A stretch of 64,000 bases of DNA from an uncultured Desulfosarcina sp. (GTDB taxonomy: Bacteria; Desulfobacterota; Desulfobacteria; Desulfobacterales; Desulfosarcinaceae): assembly GCA_963674945.2 (NCBI GenBank), contig CAXXWQ010000002.1, forward strand, positions 384,001 through 448,000. Direction: 5' to 3'. Below are positions 20,555-32,051 of the stretch, one piece after another. The position numbers were made by a program, and so were the translations under genes. The notes beneath the pieces are model-generated. The model was given only the letters and a program-made list of their open reading frames with translations, was not told the DNA's origin and did not search any database. Each line of letters begins with the position of its first letter. Positions within the stretch are counted from its first letter, which is position 1.

Positions 20555-21745
20555 ATGTCACAAGTCAAAATAGTAGTTGAAAGTGAATTTGTAGGCTTTA
20601 ATTCAGGTTGGCCGACAAGATATATTGGTTTGATCACAGAGTTATACAAAAAACATCAACTGACAATATTCGCCCCTGGCGATACATCATTGTTTAAGAA
20701 ATTATTCCCAGAATCTTCAATTTGTGCAAAAACTGACTTGCCAACAGAAAATAATACTATCAGTCGTTTTAACTTATTCAAAGAACTGATATTTCCTTCA
20801 AGGAATAAGCCATTGAAATCAATTTTTCCTTACTGTCCGAAACTTCATGAAATAATAAAACAGGATCCGAACATTTATAACGTGTCAATTTATTTTGGTA
20901 GGAATTCATTTGTGTATTATGGTGAAGAAGATTGCAGCTCTAATATACTGTGTGATTTTTGTGATTCATTTCTACGGCATTTATATAATGAGCTAAGTAA
21001 TACACAGAGTATTCACGGGAAATTAGGAATCATTTTTGATATTTTCTATGCTCGAAGATTTAAAAAAAAATATTTTACACCCAATATAACTATCCTTTCC
21101 ATCACAAAAAAAGACAGTAGCTATATCTCATCAGTATTATCTAAAAATATGGTTTATACTATTCCGAACGGAATTAAATTACAGGATATTGATTATAAAA
21201 GCGATTTGTTGAAAAAAAAATACATTTCTCCATACATTATATTTATTGGGAGCCTTGATTATGAACCAAACATAAAGTCAATTCTTTTCTCGTTGGAAAA
21301 TCTATGGCCGGAAATACATGCAAAATTTCCTGAGATGATTTTCAGAATTGTTGGACGATCACCGGCACAAAGACTAAAACGAGTTGTAAAAGATATTAAT
21401 GGCGTTGAGCTCGTTGGACCAGTAAAAAGTGTTGAGGAATATTATCTTAATGCAAAGTGTTTTCTGGGTCCAATTTTTTCTGGTGGTGGTTTAAAGAATA
21501 AATTTTTAGAATCTATAAATACAGGTACTCCTGTTATAACAACTTCAGAAGGTTCTTTTGGAATTGGTATGGTTTCTAAGAAGCATGGTATAATCGCTCA
21601 AACAAAATCTGATTTGATTGGCGGGACTTTGGAACTGTTATCTTGTTCAGAAAGAGAATATTTTCAATATGTCAATGAAAATCTTATTTTGGCGAAAGAG
21701 TATAGCTGGGAAAAAGTAGGTGAGTTATTTGATAGAATTTTGTAA
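20555..21745 (+). CDS. GT4 glycosyltransferase
   Basis: FIGSLDYEPN, SGGGLKNKFLES..G.PVITT. Confidence 0.85.
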   Translation: MSQVKIVVESEFVGFNSGWPTRYIGLITELYKKHQLTIFAPGDTSLFKKLFPESSICAKTDLPTENNTISRFNLFKELIFPSRNKPLKSIFPYCPKLHEIIKQDPNIYNVSIYFGRNSFVYYGEEDCSSNILCDFCDSFLRHLYNELSNTQSIHGKLGIIFDIFYARRFKKKYFTPNITILSITKKDSSYISSVLSKNMVYTIPNGIKLQDIDYKSDLLKKKYISPYIIFIGSLDYEPNIKSILFSLENLWPEIHAKFPEMIFRIVGRSPAQRLKRVVKDINGVELVGPVKSVEEYYLNAKCFLGPIFSGGGLKNKFLESINTGTPVITTSEGSFGIGMVSKKHGIIAQTKSDLIGGTLELLSCSEREYFQYVNENLILAKEYSWEKVGELFDRIL

Positions 21746-21836
21746 TATGGGCTTGGTTGAAACAGGTATAAATTAAAAAACCGATTCGTTCAACTCATGT
21801 AAATTGGGGCTTGATAATATAGGATTTGGAGAAAAA

Positions 21837-22688
21837 ATGAAAACAATATTGCGTGGATATTTTGGGCACCATAAGTGTGCTTCATCATGGATCAATGGCA
21901 TCCTGCAAGGATTTTTACTTGATACTGGTTATATTTATAAACAAGTCTTTAGATCTAAAGACTTTGAAAAAGATTTCAATAAATATATTTACGATAATAA
22001 TATTGACTTTATATCTTATACAAACGCTAATTATGCATGTGTGAAAACCATAGACGTTTACAAAGGTTTTCACGTGATAAGAGATCCGCGTGACATGGCT
22101 GTATCGGGGTATTTTTCTCATTTAAACAGTCATCCGACTGATGATTGGCCTGAATTAATACCACACAGGGAAGCTTTGAAAAAGTTAACAATTGAAGAAG
22201 GGCTCATCATGGAATTTGAATTTTCAAGGCAGTTTTATGAGCATATGTACGACTGGAATTATGAGCAGTCAAATATACTTGAATATAAAATGGAGGAATT
22301 TACTAAGGATCCTTTTAACAATTTTATTGAAGTATTGGACTTTATGGGTTTAGTAGATTTAGATGAGTTCACCACCAAAAAAAGGATAAAAGATTTACTA
22401 ATAATCTTATCAAACAAAATGTATCGAAACTATCAAAAATATGGTTCATTCCATTTAAAGTACAAAACAATACCTGCTGAAAAGTTATTTGGCAAAATAT
22501 TTAATCATCGATATTCCAAGTTGTCAGGTGGCCGTACTAAAGGTAAAGAAGATGTAAAAAAACATTATCGGAAAGGTGTTCCCGGAGATTGGAAAAATTA
22601 TTTTACCGGTGAACATCGTGAATATTTTAAAAAAGAATATAACGATCTTTTATTGAAGTTGAGGTATGAAAAAGGTAGTAATTGGTAA
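21837..22688 (+). CDS. sulfotransferase domain protein
   Basis: HHKCASSW, IRDPRDMAVSGYF, YRKGVPGDWKNYF. Confidence 0.85.
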   Translation: MKTILRGYFGHHKCASSWINGILQGFLLDTGYIYKQVFRSKDFEKDFNKYIYDNNIDFISYTNANYACVKTIDVYKGFHVIRDPRDMAVSGYFSHLNSHPTDDWPELIPHREALKKLTIEEGLIMEFEFSRQFYEHMYDWNYEQSNILEYKMEEFTKDPFNNFIEVLDFMGLVDLDEFTTKKRIKDLLIILSNKMYRNYQKYGSFHLKYKTIPAEKLFGKIFNHRYSKLSGGRTKGKEDVKKHYRKGVPGDWKNYFTGEHREYFKKEYNDLLLKLRYEKGSNW

Positions 22689-22908
22689 AAGTTTATTGCC
22701 GCTGCTGAAGGAAGAAGCAACCTAATTATTCCACATGATATCAGATTTATAATCTATTTTTACTTCTCATTATTTGCTTTGATAAAAATATTTCAGAAAG
22801 TTTTGAAGAAAAAACGTTAATAAATCTTGGGTTTTTATAATGTAAACACACGAAATCGCGCGATCCATTGGCGCACGGGCATCCGGCTCACTGAATGATA
22901 TTCATCGT

Positions 22909-23931
22909 GTGTCTACAGTTATACAGAAGGCGAAGATGAGAGTCAAATTTATCGACAATGCAAAGGCAATTGCGATCTTACTTGTTGTTATAGGTCATAC
23001 CGATGGAATATCAAAAAATTTAGAAAATTTTATTTTCAGTTTCCATATGCCAGCATTCTTTTTTATTTCAGGTTTCCTACTAAAAGACAAGAAACTTAAT
23101 CTAAGCTCAATTAACTATTTATGGATTCAAATCAAAAGCCTGGTTGTTCCATACTGTTTTTTTGGTATTATTTCTATTTTATATTTGTTTGTAAATAGTT
23201 TCGTAAAGGGTCTGGATATCGATATTTACAAAATAGTTGTTGGTTTCATATATGGTAATAGCGAGGGGCTAACTAATAAAGTTTTATGGTTTTTTACCAC
23301 TCTATTTTCTACATCTATTCTCTATTATTTTCTTTCTAAGAAATTTAGAAATGGATACATATTTATTATTTCGCTTGTACTAAGTTTTATTGTAGTTAAC
23401 TTTTATAAGAACATTAATTTCCGGCCACCATGGAATATTGATCTATCAGCAATAGCAATGATTTTTTATACTGCGGGAAAATATTTCTCGTGCAAAAAAT
23501 ATTCTATTGACTCTTCGGTATTAAATAAAATATTAAAAATTGTTTTATTTGTTTTTTTAGTGATAGGTCTATTTTTCATATCTGGTCTCAATGGCAGAGT
23601 TGATATGGCTTTCATGACGTTTAAAAATCAAGTGCTTTTTATAATTAATGCTTTTATTGGGATATCAATATTATTACTTTTGGGATCATCTTTTCCATCT
23701 AATAAAGTATCCTTATATTTGTCAAAAAATACGATAATAATATTCCCCTTACATCCCATTATTTTTAGTATTTTTACTGGATTAGGAATGATCGTCTTCA
23801 CTCAGCCTCATGATTTTCAGAACAACATAATTTGGTCCATAATTTATACTTGTGGCGCACTAATATTATGCCACCCGATATCTGTTTTCTTATTTAGATT
23901 TTTTCCTATAATGTTAGGTGGTCGGAAATAA
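22909..23931 (+). CDS. acyltransferase 3 family membrane O-acyltransferase
   Basis: IDNAKAIAILLVVIGH, FHMPAFFFISG, LWFF. Confidence 0.9.
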   Translation: MSTVIQKAKMRVKFIDNAKAIAILLVVIGHTDGISKNLENFIFSFHMPAFFFISGFLLKDKKLNLSSINYLWIQIKSLVVPYCFFGIISILYLFVNSFVKGLDIDIYKIVVGFIYGNSEGLTNKVLWFFTTLFSTSILYYFLSKKFRNGYIFIISLVLSFIVVNFYKNINFRPPWNIDLSAIAMIFYTAGKYFSCKKYSIDSSVLNKILKIVLFVFLVIGLFFISGLNGRVDMAFMTFKNQVLFIINAFIGISILLLLGSSFPSNKVSLYLSKNTIIIFPLHPIIFSIFTGLGMIVFTQPHDFQNNIIWSIIYTCGALILCHPISVFLFRFFPIMLGGRK

Positions 23932-24099
23932 AAGGATTGGTGCTTAATGAAAACAGTAGTTTTAGTGATGCGTAATGCGTGATAAGTGAAGGACTAAAGG
24001 ATATAAACAATAGGAGGGAATAGACAGTAGGCAAAGACCTTGGAGATTGGATCGGGGGACAAAGAACGAAAACTAAGTGATGGTAATGAATTATGAGTA

Positions 24100-24560
24100 A
24101 TGAGAGGTTTAAAAAAACAACCTCTTCCTCTTATTATGATCTGAGAAATTTGAAAAATTTGAAATTTTCCTGATTTTAAGATTTTGGGCCCGAAATTTTT
24201 TGAAATAAAACAGAAGATGCAAAAGCACGTAGCAATAAACCTAATAAAAATAGGCAAATAAGACTACTTTAAAGCAAAAATATCCTCAATAAGAGGGCGC
24301 TGATGAGGTGCATCCCCCGGAAATTCAGCCACCGGACCCACCACTGCCCGTAGAAAGCATAAGCCTTTTTGATTTTAAGACCCCGTTGAATATTGTAAGC
24401 TGCCTGCAGCATCAGGCAGTCAAACTTGATTTTGGCGATAGTCGTGAATCTGGCCCTTTGAGCATTGTCGTGAAGATGACTCAAGCCGAAATACTGCTCA
24501 ACAATATTGCGTACCATGGTGGTCTGTTTTTTTCTGCATTTTTCAAATCTGTAAGGTCTC
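24100..24560 (-). pseudogene. IS transposase C-terminal remnant (IS5/IS1182-like DDE)
   Basis: RNIVEQYFGLSHLHDNAQRARFTT...AAYNIQRG with no N-terminus; boundaries approximate. Confidence 0.6.
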
Positions 24561-24664
24561 AATTTCAATATGTTATATTATTATGTTTATACATTTGATT
24601 TCAAAGTTTTACAAGTGCTTGGCCGCCTCGTGAATAAATACGAAAAAAGAATACTGTTTTTAAT

Positions 24665-26122
24665 ATGTCAATAGTCCATAAAGCTTTCAAGCAGGTGTCA
24701 TGGCTTGCTCTATTCAAATTAGTAAGTCAGATTTTTTCATGGCTAAGTACTATTATTGTTGCGAGATTACTCTTGCCAGATGACTATGGCCTTATGGAAA
24801 TGGCAACAATTTTTACTGGATATGCTGCAATGTTTAGTGAGCTAGGATTAGGTTCTGCCATTATACAACGCACCAAACCAACACAACATCAACTATCATC
24901 ACTATTTTGGTTTACTGCCTTTATTAGTCTATTTTTTTCATCAAGTTGTTTCGTGTTAGCCTATCCCACAGCATTCATTTTTCATGAGCCACGAGTAATC
25001 CCACTCACACAAATGGTTTCGGTTATTTTTCTGACTGATGGTTTGCAGATTGTTCCTTTAAGTCTAATGAAAAAAGAATTAAATTTTAAGTTATTAGGAT
25101 TAATTGAGATGTGGAGTGTGTTTATTTCATGCATTAGTATGATTACCATTGGATACTTAAATGGGGGAGTTTGGACACTACTTTATGGGTACATCACAAG
25201 ATCTTTTACTAAACTTATTTTAATATTTTTTTTTCAAAAATGGAGTCCGAAATTTTCTTTTGAATATAAAGAAGTTAAAGATTTTATAAAATTCGGTGTA
25301 GTGGTTTCTTTAGGGCGCTCTCTTAATTATATGTTTGAAAAGTCAGACAGGTTCTTTGCTGCTCGGGCATGGTCTTCTAAAGTGTTGGGGCAATATGCAT
25401 TTGCATTTCAGCTTGCACAATTACCCACTGAAAAAATAGTTTCATTAATTACTCAAGTTTCTATGCCGGTGTTTGCTCAACTTCAAAACGATAAAATTAA
25501 TTTTAATGATTTTTATTTAAACGTAAATAAAGCCATTATTTCTTTTGTTTTGCCATTGTTTTTTGGGGGATTTCTTCTCGGAGAAGATTTAATCAAAATA
25601 GTTCTTGGAGAAAAATGGATCCCAATAACCTTTTTATTCAGGGTGCTGTGTTTATCACAAATTTTTATGGGGATAAGCTCAATTAATAATACGACGAATA
25701 TTGCACAAGGGCGCCCGATATGGAATATGTATTTTACAGGAGCATGTGCTATTTTAATGTCAGTATCGTTTTTTATTGCTGTTCAGTACGGCTTAAATGC
25801 TATTTTAATTCCTTGGTTAACAATATATCCCACATTATGCTTTATATTATTAATTGCTACTATTAATAAAATCGGAATTAATATCAAACAATATTTATTT
25901 AATGTAATAACCCCATTTACAGCTATTGTTGCTATGACCATATCTATTTATTTTTGTGATAGAATTCTTATCTCGTTGTTAGATGAAAAAATAATATCAG
26001 TTTTTACTCTACTTATTAAAATCATAACTGGTGGGGGAACCTATATTGGTGTTTATTTGATTCTTGATAAAAAATTTATAAAGAAATTTTTTACAATGAT
26101 AAAAAGGGATCTTAATAAATGA
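24665..26122 (+). CDS. wzx: Wzx flippase (WzxC-like)
   Basis: ARLLLPDDYGL, ELGLGSAIIQ, many TM segments. Confidence 0.9.
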   Translation: MSIVHKAFKQVSWLALFKLVSQIFSWLSTIIVARLLLPDDYGLMEMATIFTGYAAMFSELGLGSAIIQRTKPTQHQLSSLFWFTAFISLFFSSSCFVLAYPTAFIFHEPRVIPLTQMVSVIFLTDGLQIVPLSLMKKELNFKLLGLIEMWSVFISCISMITIGYLNGGVWTLLYGYITRSFTKLILIFFFQKWSPKFSFEYKEVKDFIKFGVVVSLGRSLNYMFEKSDRFFAARAWSSKVLGQYAFAFQLAQLPTEKIVSLITQVSMPVFAQLQNDKINFNDFYLNVNKAIISFVLPLFFGGFLLGEDLIKIVLGEKWIPITFLFRVLCLSQIFMGISSINNTTNIAQGRPIWNMYFTGACAILMSVSFFIAVQYGLNAILIPWLTIYPTLCFILLIATINKIGINIKQYLFNVITPFTAIVAMTISIYFCDRILISLLDEKIISVFTLLIKIITGGGTYIGVYLILDKKFIKKFFTMIKRDLNK

Positions 26123-27312
26123 ATTGTTTATGTCCTAAAACTAAAATATTATTGGTGGGTGCTGGGCCTTTTGCTTTAAAATCAAGAATTAAAAATGACA
26201 AATTGTTTTACTTAAGCCAAAATTTTGCATGTAGTTATATTACCCCTCTTTTTCAAGCTGAACATTATGAAATAAAAAAAAATATTGGGATTGATAAAAT
26301 TATAGTTGATGGAGTTAAAATATACTCTTATCCTTATTATTTGGGGAATAGTTTGTTGAGAAATTTTATTTCTGGTTTTCATATTATTTCTAAAGCCTTA
26401 AAAATTAATTATAAGGAAAACATGAAATATAAAGTTATCATTTCAACAAACCCTCTTTTTATAGGATTGATTGTTATCATCGTCGGTGCGATTACAGGTG
26501 CAAAAACAATTATTGAAGTTAATGGTAATTTCGAGGATGCATTTAAATATGGATATACATACGATACAAAATTAAAAACCTTTGAAAAAATGAAGGAGAA
26601 AATTTCTAGGCTTATTATTACTATTGTTGTGAAAAGAGCCGATATGGTAAGACTTCTTTATGATAAACAGCTACTTCCTCTTGGTTTAAGTGAAAGAAAA
26701 TTTCCCAATATAATAAGTTTTTCAGATTTTGTTCCAGTAGAACAATTTGTAAAAAGTAAAAAATCAGATAATAAATATATTCTGTTATTGGGTTTTCCAT
26801 GGTACTTGAAAGGTGTTGATATTTTAATTAAAGCATTTAAAAAAATTCACATTTATATTCCTGAATATAGACTAAAGATTGTTGGTTGGTGTCCTGAAGG
26901 ACGGGAATACTATGAAAATTTAGCAAAAGGTAACTCTAATATAGATTTATGTAATCCGGTAAATTATAAAGAAGTTATTCCTTTAATGGCAAAGTGTTCT
27001 TTATATGTGTTAGCTTCTCGTACTGAAGCCATGGGGAGAGTCTTAATTGAGGCAATGGCCTGCAAAAAGCCAATAATAGCTTGCGATGTGGGAGGCGTTT
27101 CATGTATTGTAAAGAATGGATTTAACGGCTTGTTGTTTGAAAAAGAAAATGTTGATGATTTAGCTGAAAAAATAAAAATTGTTTTGTCGGATCAAAAATT
27201 AGCATTTGAATTAGCTGAAAACGGATATCAATTTGTTCAAGCTATGTTGTCCGAAAAATGTTATGTTCAAAACTTTAGGAATATGATCGAGAAAGTTGTT
27301 AAGAATAATTAA
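26119..27312 (+). CDS. GT4 glycosyltransferase
   Basis: KGVDILIKAF, SRTEAMGRVLIEAMA. Confidence 0.9.
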   Translation: MNCLCPKTKILLVGAGPFALKSRIKNDKLFYLSQNFACSYITPLFQAEHYEIKKNIGIDKIIVDGVKIYSYPYYLGNSLLRNFISGFHIISKALKINYKENMKYKVIISTNPLFIGLIVIIVGAITGAKTIIEVNGNFEDAFKYGYTYDTKLKTFEKMKEKISRLIITIVVKRADMVRLLYDKQLLPLGLSERKFPNIISFSDFVPVEQFVKSKKSDNKYILLLGFPWYLKGVDILIKAFKKIHIYIPEYRLKIVGWCPEGREYYENLAKGNSNIDLCNPVNYKEVIPLMAKCSLYVLASRTEAMGRVLIEAMACKKPIIACDVGGVSCIVKNGFNGLLFEKENVDDLAEKIKIVLSDQKLAFELAENGYQFVQAMLSEKCYVQNFRNMIEKVVKNN

Positions 27313-27715
27313 TACTAATATTGAGCATGGGACAAATATGAACCTGTACAGTACAGCAACTTATATTGGATTATTAGAAATAATATTATGAATTTTGCCT
27401 TCATCGAAATTATATAGGGCACAAATTGTCTTTGGCGGCACCCATATAATTGTTTGTTTAATCTAAAGCAACAAGAAAAAGAGAGTTCTTGGCTTAACAA
27501 ACTTGGGATCTTTGAATAAGGGAATTAAATTTATTTTAGATGGTTTGTTTATAAAATAGTTGAAGCAATTATCAATTTCAATATACTTGTTATGTTGGTG
27601 AGATTATGACTCTCGCGAATTCAAACGGAGGGTAAAACCAATACGTCAATATGCCCCCCACAATTTAAATGCTCTCCATTCAAAATGGTATTTTTTTACA
27701 ATTCTTTTCATTATT

Positions 27716-28852
27716 ATGGATTATGCTCGCCTTTATAATCTATTACACTTAGGTTTTCTGCGGCCATTATTATTGAACACCTTAGTTTTAATTTTCTTTA
27801 TTCTTAAATTTACTGACTGGAATAGTGTTAAATGTAAACAGATAAAATATCTCTGGCTATTTGTTTTTCTTCTTTCTATCTATATACCATTTGCAATGAA
27901 TAACAGTTTTGCGTATCGGGCATTTAAAACACAAGTCTTGTATATGCCTTTTATTTTGTCAACAATGATTTGTATTAACTCGATACAACGTTTAAGAAAT
28001 TTTATTCTCATTTGTATTTGTATAGAGATTTACATTTCTATATATGCTATAAACCATAATGGATTAGGGCCAGGAAATTATTTTGGTGATGAAAACGATT
28101 TGGCGTTGTATATTAATATGTGGTTACCATTTTGTTTTATTTTATATTTTTCAGATAAAAACAAAATTCATAGAGTTATATATATTGTAGGTTTAGCATC
28201 AGGTCTTATAGCTATTATTGTTTCGTTTTCAAGAGGAGGTTTCGTTGGTTTAATTGCAGTCGCTTTTACATTGTGGTCTTTTTTTAATAAAAAAATATTA
28301 ACTTTAGTATTATTGAGTTCTATACTTTTCCTTATGCTTGTAATTGGTGCTGATAAATATTGGGAAGAAATGTCTACAATAACAAATACAAAAGAAGAAA
28401 CAGCAAATACAAGACTTTTATCTTGGGAGGCAGGTTGGAAAATGTTTCTCGACAATCCATTAGGGGTTGGGGGATATAATTTTCAAGTTCGATTTCCTGA
28501 ATATCAATCAAAAGAATTCACTAGAAATATGTGGGGACGTGCTGCACATTCACTTTGGTTCACCCTCTTTCCAGAACTTGGGATTTTGGGCATCTATATT
28601 TATTTTGTTCTCTTATATTATAACATAAAGGATATTTTATTTATTAAGAAAATAGAAATAGAGGATAGTAATGATGACATGCAATATCTTAATCATCTAT
28701 CTGTTGCATTTCTGGCTTCATTAGCAGGATATTTTGCATCAGGGACCTTTTTATCTGTTCTATACTATGCTCATTATTGGTATATGACTGGTATTATTGT
28801 TGCTGCAAACAAAGTTACAAAAAAATATGTGGATTTAATGCGTTATGAATAA
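27716..28852 (+). CDS. O-antigen ligase / Wzy polymerase family protein (5' end uncertain)
   Basis: DENDLA, SFSRGG, R..SW, NPLGVG, AHS. Confidence 0.85.
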   Translation: MDYARLYNLLHLGFLRPLLLNTLVLIFFILKFTDWNSVKCKQIKYLWLFVFLLSIYIPFAMNNSFAYRAFKTQVLYMPFILSTMICINSIQRLRNFILICICIEIYISIYAINHNGLGPGNYFGDENDLALYINMWLPFCFILYFSDKNKIHRVIYIVGLASGLIAIIVSFSRGGFVGLIAVAFTLWSFFNKKILTLVLLSSILFLMLVIGADKYWEEMSTITNTKEETANTRLLSWEAGWKMFLDNPLGVGGYNFQVRFPEYQSKEFTRNMWGRAAHSLWFTLFPELGILGIYIYFVLLYYNIKDILFIKKIEIEDSNDDMQYLNHLSVAFLASLAGYFASGTFLSVLYYAHYWYMTGIIVAANKVTKKYVDLMRYE

Positions 28853-29933
28853 AATAAATTATAGTAAAACAAAAATATCCATTGCGGCCGTGGGTGATAT
28901 TTGTTTAGCAGATCATATACTTTGTACAGGATTTGGCGTGCGTACTAATATTGAAAAACATGGTTATGATTTTTTATTTAGAAACGTTAAAAAATACTTT
29001 ACTAATAATGATATTAATTTTGGTAATTTAGAATGTGTTCTCTCGGATGTTGGTCTTAAAAAAGACGATTATTATAGTAAATTATTTCGTGGAAAGCCTG
29101 AGTATGTAAAAATTCTTAAAAACGCTGGTTTCAATGTAATAAATATTGCTAACAATCATACAATGCAGCATGGACCAGAAGCCTTTAATGATACAATAAA
29201 CATTTTAAAAAAAAATTCTATACATCCTTTGGGGACCAAAGGGACTTTTGGCTATAGTACAGAGCCAGTAATAATACAGAAAGGAAACATTAAATGTGCA
29301 ATGCTTGGTTACTATTTTGGGAGGGATCAGTTCTGTGCTGATCCACTTTATGCTTTGGGAAATTTATCAAAAATTAAAATTGATATTAAAAAGGTAAAGA
29401 AAAAGTCTGACTTGGTTATTTTATCTTGCCACTGGGGTTTAGAATTAATGAACAGGCCATCACCCAATACAATAAAAATAGCCAGAGATTTTATTGATGC
29501 TGGAGCGGATATAATTTTAGGGCATCATTCTCATACCGTGCAGGGTGTTGAAAATTATAAAAACAAACTAATATTTTACAGCTTAGGAAATTTTATTTTC
29601 GACCTTTTATGGGATAAATATTTAAGAAATACCGGCATATTTAAGATTGATATTAATAATAAATTATTTAATTATTGTATTTTCAGATGTTTTGTGAATG
29701 ATTCATGCCAACCTCAACCCATTGGCCCACTAGTTGGTAATTTGTCGAAATATCAAATAATAGAAGATCCAAACGAGAATATTGAATATAATAATTTTGA
29801 GTATTACAAAGAGTTTAATAAAAGAGAGAATAAAAATCAAATTAATAAGGTACTTTTTGTGTTAAAAAACATAAATAAAATCCCAATAAAAGTACTATTT
29901 TTATTATTTAAAAGAAAACTCAAAAATAGATAA
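28845..29933 (+). CDS. CapA/PGA_cap family protein (second paralogue)
   Basis: AVGDI, GNLEC, ANNHTM, CHWG, GHHSH, YSLGNF. Confidence 0.9.
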   Translation: MNKINYSKTKISIAAVGDICLADHILCTGFGVRTNIEKHGYDFLFRNVKKYFTNNDINFGNLECVLSDVGLKKDDYYSKLFRGKPEYVKILKNAGFNVINIANNHTMQHGPEAFNDTINILKKNSIHPLGTKGTFGYSTEPVIIQKGNIKCAMLGYYFGRDQFCADPLYALGNLSKIKIDIKKVKKKSDLVILSCHWGLELMNRPSPNTIKIARDFIDAGADIILGHHSHTVQGVENYKNKLIFYSLGNFIFDLLWDKYLRNTGIFKIDINNKLFNYCIFRCFVNDSCQPQPIGPLVGNLSKYQIIEDPNENIEYNNFEYYKEFNKRENKNQINKVLFVLKNINKIPIKVLFLLFKRKLKNR

Positions 29934-29935
29934 TA

Positions 29936-31039
29936 ATGAATAAAATAAGAGTATTACATATTATTCATTGGCCCAAAAGTGGTATAGTTAATCTTGTTTA
30001 TAATCAAATTGCTTGTAGTACGAACACTAATATTGAATATAAAGTTGGATTTTTTATAAAAGATACTGCAACAACAACAAAATTTAAAAATCTTGGTGTA
30101 GAAGTAACGAATTATGAATATAATCCATTGAAATTATTAATAACATTATTTAATATACATAAGGATATAAAAAAAAATAAGCCTAACATAATACATACGC
30201 ATTCCTTTTTACCAGGAATTTTTGTTAGGATGCTTTCAGTTTTCTTTTCAAACTCTAAACTAATTTCTACTATTCATAATAGTTATCCATACTTTGAAAA
30301 AAAAACGTTGAGAGATAAAATAAAAGCTAATCTTGAAATTACTTCGTTAAATCAAAAAAATTCATTGGTTATAGTGGTATCCAATTATGTAAAAAAATTT
30401 ATAATTGAGAATACAAATATTGCACCATCGTTAATTCAAGTCGTTTATCCTGGAATTGCGATAGAAAACAATAATATTTCCTCTCAGCAAAATGAGTTGG
30501 GTACAAAAAATGTTATTATTGTTGGCAGGTTAGACAAACAAAAAAGGCACGATAGACTATTATATATATGGAAGAAAGTATTAAATGAAATTCCAGACGC
30601 TCAGTTGCTCATTGTCGGTGATGGTTCTGAAAAAGAAATGCTAAAAAAAATCACAAAGGCTTTGGATATTGAAAATAATGTAAAGTATTATGGGTTTAGA
30701 ACCGATATATCAAATCTTTTAAGAAGTTCAAATGTTTTTGTTCTTACTTCTGATCATGAGGGTTTGCCTTTAGTCATCATAGAATCATTTTTACAAAAAA
30801 TACCGGTTATTGCTTTTGATATCGGACCGATGAAAGAGATAATTGATAGTAAATGTGGAATCCTTGTTAAAGCATTTGATTTAGATGATTTTGCACAAAA
30901 AATTGCTTTTTTGTTAAAGACTCCAAAATTATCAATGAATTTAGGAAATAATGGTTTTAAAAAAGCAGTTACTAATTTTAATATAGAACGAATGGTTGAA
31001 ATAATTGAATATATTTATTTTTATACGGACCCTATGTAA
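29936..31039 (+). CDS. GT4 glycosyltransferase
   Basis: VGRLDKQKRH, SDHEGLPLVIIE. Confidence 0.9.
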   Translation: MNKIRVLHIIHWPKSGIVNLVYNQIACSTNTNIEYKVGFFIKDTATTTKFKNLGVEVTNYEYNPLKLLITLFNIHKDIKKNKPNIIHTHSFLPGIFVRMLSVFFSNSKLISTIHNSYPYFEKKTLRDKIKANLEITSLNQKNSLVIVVSNYVKKFIIENTNIAPSLIQVVYPGIAIENNNISSQQNELGTKNVIIVGRLDKQKRHDRLLYIWKKVLNEIPDAQLLIVGDGSEKEMLKKITKALDIENNVKYYGFRTDISNLLRSSNVFVLTSDHEGLPLVIIESFLQKIPVIAFDIGPMKEIIDSKCGILVKAFDLDDFAQKIAFLLKTPKLSMNLGNNGFKKAVTNFNIERMVEIIEYIYFYTDPM

Positions 31040-31064
31040 AATACTTTTTGAATAAACTAATAAT

Positions 31065-32033
31065 ATGTGCAACGAAATTCCTAAGGTTTCAATAATTATA
31101 CCTGCAAAAAATGAAGAACAAAGACTTCCTTCATGCTTAAATTCGATAAAACAATTAGATTACAATCATGAATTAATTGAGATAATTGTTGTTGATAATG
31201 GGTCAACCGACAACACAATCGAAATTGCACAAAAATTTAAATGCCGAATTTTTGTAGAACCAAATATTCATATTTCAAAAATGAGAAATATTGGGGCAAC
31301 GCACTCAAAAGGTAAAATTATTTGTTTCGTAGATGCTGATATTATTGTTTCCAAACTTTGGTTAAAATCAGCAATAAAATATTTTGATGATCCATCGAAC
31401 GGTTGTTTAACTGGAATGATAAATATTCCACCAAAACCAACATGGGTTGAAGAAATATGGGCTATGAACAGAAAAATAAGTAAAGATGTTTTTACAGTGC
31501 GTTGGGCTTCATCTATGAATATGATTATGCCTCGGGATGTTTTCATGCAAGTCGGTGGTTTTTCTGTAGCCCTTACCACTGGAGAAGATGTTGAGTTATG
31601 TAGTAAAATTTGTGCACAAGGATTAAATATACTTTTTGATAAAAAGATAAGTGTTACTCACATTGGAGAGGCTAAAACTATAAAGCAGTTTATTAAAAAG
31701 GAACGATGGAGGGGGTATAGTGATATTGATTTACTCATATCAGAAAGTTTTAAATTAAATAATTTGCGACATGGAACTCAGCCCTTTTTTTTCCTTTTGT
31801 CTTTCTTATTATTATTCTGCGCATTTATTTTGCATTCATTATTTCTATTTGTTGTCTCAATATGTGCAATACTATCACTACCCTTAATAAGAACTGCTAT
31901 AATTATAAAAAAACATAAAAAAATAAAAAAATTACATTTGATATTTTTTATATGGTTTGTCTACTATTTTGCTAGAAGTATTTCTATTTTTGATAATTTT
32001 AAAAATAAATTATCTGCATCTATTAAAAGTTAA
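31065..32033 (+). CDS. GT2 glycosyltransferase
   Basis: SIIIPAKNE, VDNGSTD, FVDAD, GEDVEL. Confidence 0.9.
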   Translation: MCNEIPKVSIIIPAKNEEQRLPSCLNSIKQLDYNHELIEIIVVDNGSTDNTIEIAQKFKCRIFVEPNIHISKMRNIGATHSKGKIICFVDADIIVSKLWLKSAIKYFDDPSNGCLTGMINIPPKPTWVEEIWAMNRKISKDVFTVRWASSMNMIMPRDVFMQVGGFSVALTTGEDVELCSKICAQGLNILFDKKISVTHIGEAKTIKQFIKKERWRGYSDIDLLISESFKLNNLRHGTQPFFFLLSFLLLFCAFILHSLFLFVVSICAILSLPLIRTAIIIKKHKKIKKLHLIFFIWFVYYFARSISIFDNFKNKLSASIKS

Positions 32034-32051
32034 TTTTATTGGTCACATAAA

